Shown here piece after piece: positions 58,045 to 64,000 of a stretch of DNA of 64,000 nt. Made by a program: the position numbers and the translations under genes. A model generated the notes under the pieces. It made no database searches, was not told the origin of the DNA, and was given only the letters and a program-made list of their open reading frames with translations. The DNA is taken from contig CBDCSU010000006.1 in NCBI GenBank assembly GCA_965221775.1, forward strand, positions 1,824,001 through 1,888,000. Reading direction: 5' to 3'. The stretch comes from Candidatus Latescibacterota bacterium. Its GTDB lineage: Bacteria; Latescibacterota; UBA2968; UBA8231. The first letter of the stretch is position 1. Each line of letters begins with the position of its first letter.

Positions 58045-58850
58045 GTGTAGAAGCGCAGCTCCGGGACGGACCCGATCAGCCCGTGACCGTGGGCGAGGCG
58101 GTAGAACTCGGTGAGGCCGGCCACCTGGGCCGGCCCCAGGTCGTAGCAGATGTGATCGCGGAGATAGCTTTCGTAGAGCTCGGCGGAGCCGGTGCGCTCG
58201 CGCTGGAAGCCGGCGGCGATCTCGGCCATGTGCGCAACTCCTTCGCGGCGGGCCCTCTGCAGGCGGGCCACGTGCTCGGCGGCGACCGCCTCTTTCTGTC
58301 CCGCCCAGAAGGCGAAGACGCCGGGCCGGCGGGTAAGCTCGTGCCATTCCCGGCCCAGGTCCAGACTGGAGCGGCCAGCGGCGCCATCGGGGCCGACCAG
58401 GGGAAGCACCGGGTCCCCGATCAGCAGGGCGGCGTCGGCGCCGTGGAGCATGGCATCGAGGTCCGGGGGAGCCGCGGCGATCTCGGGATCGATGCCGTAG
58501 CGCTCTCGAAGCAGGATCTGCAGCAGCACCACCGAGGTGCGGGAGCTGGTGTCGGCGGCGACCCGGCGCACGCGGTCCAGTCGCCCCCGGTAGAACAGGC
58601 GCACGGTCAGGACCTCGCCCTCGGAGCCGATGGCCAGGCCGGGGACGATCCGGAGGGCGGCGCCCCGCCGCGCGTACTCCACCGTGGGGATCAGGCCGAC
58701 ATCGAGGCGGCCGGAGGCGAGACGATCGGCGCAGGCCGAGGGCACGCCGTAATCCACCTCGAAGAGGTCGTCCTGATCGAGACCGTAGGTGAGAGGCCGG
58801 GAGTTGAGATAGCTCACCGCGCCGAGGCGGACGCGGCGATGGGCGCTCAT
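58041..58850 (-). CDS. mqnA: Chorismate dehydratase
   Basis: [40 protein letters not shown]. Confidence 0.88.
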   Translation of the reverse strand: MSAHRRVRLGAVSYLNSRPLTYGLDQDDLFEVDYGVPSACADRLASGRLDVGLIPTVEYARRGAALRIVPGLAIGSEGEVLTVRLFYRGRLDRVRRVAADTSSRTSVVLLQILLRERYGIDPEIAAAPPDLDAMLHGADAALLIGDPVLPLVGPDGAAGRSSLDLGREWHELTRRPGVFAFWAGQKEAVAAEHVARLQRARREGVAHMAEIAAGFQRERTGSAELYESYLRDHICYDLGPAQVAGLTEFYRLAHGHGLIGSVPELRFYT

Positions 58851-60004
58851 GAAGCGGCGGCGTGCTGCAGGGCCTGCAGGCGGGGCCGGGTGGCCACCCT
58901 CTCGTAGCGCGTATTGCGCCGCACCGGGTCGAACCCGGCGTCGCGGATCAGCCGTTCCATGTTCGCCAGGTCCATCTCGTTGGTGTGGCTCGTGCCGGCG
59001 GCGCTGACCACGTTCTCCTCGAGCATGGTGCTGCCGAAATCGTCGATCCCGCAGCGCAGGCTGACCTGGGCGATCCGCGGCCCCTGGGTAACCCAGGAGG
59101 CCTGGAAGTGGTCGAAGTTGTCGAGGAAGAGGCGGCTCACGGCCACAGTCCGCAGGTGGTCGAAGCCGCTCGCTTTGACGCCGTTCCAGCGCGCCGAATC
59201 GGCGCCGAGGTCGGTCTCGTCGGGCTGGAAGTTCCAGGCTATGAAGGCGGTGAAGCCGCCGGTCTCGTCCTGCAGCTCGCGCAGCAGGCGCAGGTGCTCG
59301 AGACGGTCTTCGACGCTCTCCACGTGGCCGTACATCATCGTCGCCGTGGTGCGCATGCCGAGGCCGTGGGCGGCGCGGTGCACGTCGAGCCACTCGTCGG
59401 TACGGTCCTTGCGGAAGCCGATGACGTCGCGCACCTCGTCCACCAGGATCTCGGCGCCGGCGCCGGGGATCGAGTCGAGGCCGGCGTCGCGCAGCCGGCG
59501 GATCGTCTCCTCCAGGGAGAGCTTCGACAGGTGGGCGATGTAGATGATCTCGGTGGCCGACAGGCAGTGGAGCTGCACCGAGGGGTAGCGGCCCCGGATA
59601 CTGCTGAGCAGGTCCTCGTAGTAGTCGAGGCGGAGTTTGGGGTTGAGCCCCCCCTGCATGAGGATCTCGTTGGACTTGGGCTCGTGGCCCCCGAAGGCTA
59701 CGAGCTCGTCGATCTTGGCGAAGATCTCGTCGTGGGGAAGGGTGTAGCCCTCGTCGGACCCCGGGGGCCGGTAGAAGGCGCAGAAGTCGCACCTCACCCA
59801 GCAGACGTTGGTGTAGTTGATGTTGCGGCCCACGTTGTAGGTGACCACCGGCTCGGGGTGCTTCCGCATCCGCACCTCGTGGGCCAGCATGCTCAGCTCC
59901 GCCACGTTGGGATGGGCGAAGAGCCGGCGGGCGTCGTCGACGGTCAGCCGCTGGTCGCGGACGACCTTCCTGCCGAGGTCCTCGATGCCCCGGGACCCGT
60001 TCAT
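58847..60004 (-). CDS. mqnC: Cyclic dehypoxanthine futalosine synthase (radical SAM)
   Basis: RNINYTNVCWVRCDFCAF, LMQGG, IPGAGAEIL, TATMMYG, AFIAW.FQ, QASWVTQG, DFGSTMLEENVV. Confidence 0.9.
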   Translation of the reverse strand: MNGSRGIEDLGRKVVRDQRLTVDDARRLFAHPNVAELSMLAHEVRMRKHPEPVVTYNVGRNINYTNVCWVRCDFCAFYRPPGSDEGYTLPHDEIFAKIDELVAFGGHEPKSNEILMQGGLNPKLRLDYYEDLLSSIRGRYPSVQLHCLSATEIIYIAHLSKLSLEETIRRLRDAGLDSIPGAGAEILVDEVRDVIGFRKDRTDEWLDVHRAAHGLGMRTTATMMYGHVESVEDRLEHLRLLRELQDETGGFTAFIAWNFQPDETDLGADSARWNGVKASGFDHLRTVAVSRLFLDNFDHFQASWVTQGPRIAQVSLRCGIDDFGSTMLEENVVSAAGTSHTNEMDLANMERLIRDAGFDPVRRNTRYERVATRPRLQALQHAAAS

Positions 60005-61128
60005 CCCGCCGCCTCGCCCAGCAGCTCCTCGGTGCCGGCCACCACGTTGTAGAGGCTGTCGCGCTCCACCGGTTTCCTCCCGGCTTCCACGATGCGGCCC
60101 AGCAGCTCCCGCTGCGTCAGCCGCTGGCGGGTCGCCTCGAAGCTCTCGCGGGTGATCTCGTAGTCCATCACCGTGCCGTCGAGATCGTTGGCGCCGTACC
60201 AGAGAGCGACCTGGGAGATCTCGATGGTGTTCATGATCCAGAAGGTCTTGATGTGGGGGAAGTTGTCGAGCATCAGGCGTCCCACGGCGATCTCGCGCAG
60301 ATCGAGCTGTCCGGTGGGGCCGGGGAGGTGGTCGATCTCGGTGCGCTCGGGATGGAAGGAGAGAGGGATATAGCACAGGAAGCCGCCGGTCTCGTCCTGC
60401 ACCTCCCGCAGCCGCGTCAGGTGGTAGACCTTCTCCTCCGTGTTCTCCACGTGGCCGTAGAGCATGGTGGCGTTGGTGGGCAGGCCGCTGCGGTGAGCGG
60501 CGGCGGCGATCTCCAGCCAGTCCTCGGAGTCGGCCTTGGTCCAGAACAGGTCCTCCTGGACGCGGTCGGAGAACACCTCGGCGCCGCCCCCGGGAAGCGA
60601 CTCCAGGCCGGCCTCGCGCAGATCCGCGAAGACCTCCTCCATGGGCATGCGGGCCACCCTCTGGATCTGGGCCATCTCGATCATGGTGAAGGCCTTGAGG
60701 TGGGCCTCCGGCCGGGCCGCCTTCATGGCCCGCATCAGGTCGAGGTAGTACTGATACGGCAGCTTGGGGTTGACGCCTCCCACCATGTGGATCTCGGTGA
60801 TCGGCGCATCGCCGTAGTCGTGGATGCGGCGCGCCACCTGCTCCGGATCGAGGACATAGCCCCGGTCGTCCTTCGGCTTGACGTAGAAGGAGCAGAACTT
60901 GCACAGCTTGTTGCAGATGTTGGTGTAGTTGATGTGCTGGTTGCGCACGTAGTAGGTGAGATCCCCATGCCGAGCCTCGCGCACCAAGTTGGCCAGGTAC
61001 CCGAGGGCGGGAAGGTCGGGGCACTCGTACAGGCGCAAGCCGTCGTCGGCCGACAGGCGCTGGCCGTCGAGGACCTTGGCGTGCACGTCGGCCAGACCGG
61101 CGCGCTCGATTTGTCGTTCGAGGATCAA
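60001..61128 (-). CDS. mqnE: Aminofutalosine synthase (radical SAM); start uncertain
   Basis: HINYTNICNKLCKFCSF, EIHMVGG, HLKAFT..E, LPGGGAEVF, NATMLYGHVE, DNFPHIK.FW, DLDGTV, VERDSLYN. Confidence 0.88.
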   Translation of the reverse strand: MILERQIERAGLADVHAKVLDGQRLSADDGLRLYECPDLPALGYLANLVREARHGDLTYYVRNQHINYTNICNKLCKFCSFYVKPKDDRGYVLDPEQVARRIHDYGDAPITEIHMVGGVNPKLPYQYYLDLMRAMKAARPEAHLKAFTMIEMAQIQRVARMPMEEVFADLREAGLESLPGGGAEVFSDRVQEDLFWTKADSEDWLEIAAAAHRSGLPTNATMLYGHVENTEEKVYHLTRLREVQDETGGFLCYIPLSFHPERTEIDHLPGPTGQLDLREIAVGRLMLDNFPHIKTFWIMNTIEISQVALWYGANDLDGTVMDYEITRESFEATRQRLTQRELLGRIVEAGRKPVERDSLYNVVAGTEELLGEAAG

Positions 61129-61174
61129 GGGGAGGATTCCGCGGCAGCGTGGTCTCGGGGTGACGCTACCCAAC

Positions 61175-61918
61175 TTACCCAGGCCCCCCCGGTGCGACAA
61201 CCCCGGAGCGGGGCACCCGGCCCTGGTACACGGCGCTGATCCCGAGGGTCAGGGGCACGTGGCGGTTGTCCTCGAACCCGGCTTCCTCCATGAGCTCGAG
61301 GAAGGCCCGGCCCTGGGGAAAGACCCCCACCGACTGCGGCAGGTAGGAGTAGGCCCGGCGGTTGCCGGAGATCAGCCCCCCGACGACGGGAAGCACGCGG
61401 CGGAAGTAGAACCGGTAGAGTTGGCGGAAGCCGAAAACGGTGGGCTCGGTGAAGTCGAGGACCAACAGCTCGCCGCCGGGCCGCAGGACGCGGCGGGCCT
61501 CGGCGAGACCGGCGGGGATGTCGCCGAAGTTGCGCACGCCGAAGGCCGCCGTAACCAGGTCGAAGCTGCCGCTGGCGAAGGGCAGGCTCTCGGCATCGCC
61601 GCCGAGCCAGTCGATCGGTGCGCCCCCGCCCTCGGCGGCCTTGGGCACTCCCCGGCGGACCATCTCGAGGGCGACGTCGGCGGCGATGATGCGCTCGGCG
61701 CCCAGCCGCCGCGCGGCGATGGCGAGATCGCCGGTTCCGGCGGCCACGTCGAGCAGGCGCCGGGGGGCCTCGTGGCGCACGAGGGACAGGGCCCGCCGCC
61801 TCCAGTAGATGTCGATGCCGGCGCTCAGCAGGTGGTTGAGCAGGTCGTAGCGGTGGGCGATGGCGTTGAACATCTCCCGGACGGCCCGCTTGCGCTGATT
61901 CACCTCTATGCCGGTCAT
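61175..61918 (-). CDS. menG: Demethylmenaquinone methyltransferase (UbiE/MenG)
   Basis: MFNAIAHRYDLLNHLLSAGID..WRR, LDVAAGTGD, DAESLPF, FGVRN, AYSYLPQS. Confidence 0.92.
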   Translation of the reverse strand: MTGIEVNQRKRAVREMFNAIAHRYDLLNHLLSAGIDIYWRRRALSLVRHEAPRRLLDVAAGTGDLAIAARRLGAERIIAADVALEMVRRGVPKAAEGGGAPIDWLGGDAESLPFASGSFDLVTAAFGVRNFGDIPAGLAEARRVLRPGGELLVLDFTEPTVFGFRQLYRFYFRRVLPVVGGLISGNRRAYSYLPQSVGVFPQGRAFLELMEEAGFEDNRHVPLTLGISAVYQGRVPRSGVVAPGGPG

Positions 61919-61958
61919 CTAGGGGCGGTCCTTCGCGGCCCTTTCGGTGGACGTATCC

Positions 61959-63047
61959 ATGAGTGAGCGCGAGCCTACCGGTTCCGGGAACCGGTGTCAA
62001 TCGGACGAGACGCCGGCCTTCCTGGCTTGGGAGGCCCTGCGGGCCATGCCCGACGCGGTGGTGCTCTTCGACGACGGGGGTGCCGTCAGCTTCGCCAATA
62101 GGGCGGCTTCCGAGCTGCTGGGGGAGGCCGCGCAGGCCGGGGCGAGCCGGAGCGCCGCCCTCGAGCGCTCGGCCCCCCTGGCGGACCTGGTGAGCCAGGC
62201 CTGGCGCAGCCGAGACCCGCGCACGGCGGTGGACGTGCCCTGCGACGGCCGCCGCCTGCGGGCCTGGGTGACCCCCTTCGACGGGGGCTGCCTGCTCATT
62301 CTGCGCGAGTCCACGGGGGATCCCCCCGACCGGCACCTGTGGCAGGCGGAGCGGATGGCGGCCCTCGGGCGGCTGGCCGGATCGGTGGCCCACGAGGTGC
62401 GCAATCCCCTCGGCGCCGTGGACATCCAGCTTCAACTGCTGGCCCGGGACGCCGAGTCCCTCGGGGAAGAGACCGCCGACCGCGTGCGCGAGCGCGTCGG
62501 CCGGGCGCGGGCGGAGGTCCGCCGACTCGACGGCATCGTGCAGAACTTCCTCCGGTTCTCGCGCCCGCCCGAGGTGCGCCTGGCGCCGACGGACCCGGCC
62601 CTGGTGGTGCAGCGCATGCACGAGCTGGTTGCACCCGAGGCCCGGGAGCGGGGCATCCGTCTCGAGCTGGTCCTGCCGCCGCAGGTCCCGCCGGTGCACG
62701 CCGACGAGAACATGCTCAGCCAGGCGCTGCTGAACGTGCTGATCAACGCCTTCCAGGCGGTGGAGGAGGCCGGCGAGGATGCCCTCGTGGAGCTGACTCT
62801 CGAGGAGGCGCAGCCGGCGGAGGTGCGGATCCAGGTGAACGACAACGGTTGCGGAGTGGCCCCCGAGGATCTGGAGAGGGTTTTCGAGTACTACTATACT
62901 ACCAAGGACAGCGGCACCGGCCTGGGACTCTCCATCGCCCAGGGCATCCTGCGGCAGCACGGCGGCAGCCTGCATCTGACCAGCCGCCCCCAGGGCGGAA
63001 CCACTGTCTCCCTTCTCCTGCCCACCGGTTCCCCCAACCCCTCCTGA
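61959..63047 (+). CDS. Cytoplasmic PAS-domain sensor histidine kinase (NtrB/AtoS-like)
   Basis: PAS-like MPDAVVLFD..G.VSFANRAA, H-box AHEVRNPL, N-box NVLINA, DNGCG, TTKDSGTGLGL; no TM helix. Confidence 0.9.
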   Translation: MSEREPTGSGNRCQSDETPAFLAWEALRAMPDAVVLFDDGGAVSFANRAASELLGEAAQAGASRSAALERSAPLADLVSQAWRSRDPRTAVDVPCDGRRLRAWVTPFDGGCLLILRESTGDPPDRHLWQAERMAALGRLAGSVAHEVRNPLGAVDIQLQLLARDAESLGEETADRVRERVGRARAEVRRLDGIVQNFLRFSRPPEVRLAPTDPALVVQRMHELVAPEARERGIRLELVLPPQVPPVHADENMLSQALLNVLINAFQAVEEAGEDALVELTLEEAQPAEVRIQVNDNGCGVAPEDLERVFEYYYTTKDSGTGLGLSIAQGILRQHGGSLHLTSRPQGGTTVSLLLPTGSPNPS

Positions 63048-63069
63048 GCCCTCGCCGCCTCACCCTCGC

Positions 63070-64000
<931 letters not shown>

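Overview
A very GC-rich, gene-dense chromosomal window from a diderm bacterium (TolC, an LpxH-like phosphoesterase, futalosine-type menaquinone genes). The expanded PhyH, amidohydrolase, Gfo/Idh/MocA, sulfatase and M81 families resemble Latescibacterota/Gemmatimonadota/Poribacteria-type genomes; this is an inference only. Layout: (1-9.7 kb) addB-addA, purM, a PolB-like 3'-5' exonuclease, a Fic protein and a sigma70-family factor; (9.8-15.3 kb) an oxidoreductase, yqjG-like GST plus msrA, and two ABC permeases; (15.6-41 kb) a large catabolic region with hemF and a cold-shock gene embedded; (41-54 kb) envelope and housekeeping genes; (54.5-62 kb) a mqnE-mqnC-mqnA-mqnP-ubiX operon headed by menG and interrupted by a YjhG/YagF-type dehydratase; then a PAS kinase and a sigma54 activator cut by the window edge. 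I saw no rRNA, tRNA, CRISPR array or transposase. The best novel candidate is an orphan near-consensus sigma54 promoter (54413-54428) between two convergent genes. It points into about 120 nt that can fold into three consecutive hairpins, each with a C-rich, anti-Shine-Dalgarno-like loop, so it is a candidate sigma54-dependent trans-acting sRNA. Other candidates: two PhyH-family enzymes with non-canonical iron triads (HxS, HxH), a six-cysteine DksA, a Fic protein with two altered motifs, and a SUI1/YciH gene inside a seven-gene operon whose junctions all overlap by 4 nt. Start codons were chosen by eye from RBS and overlap evidence; all products are motif-based calls with no database search.
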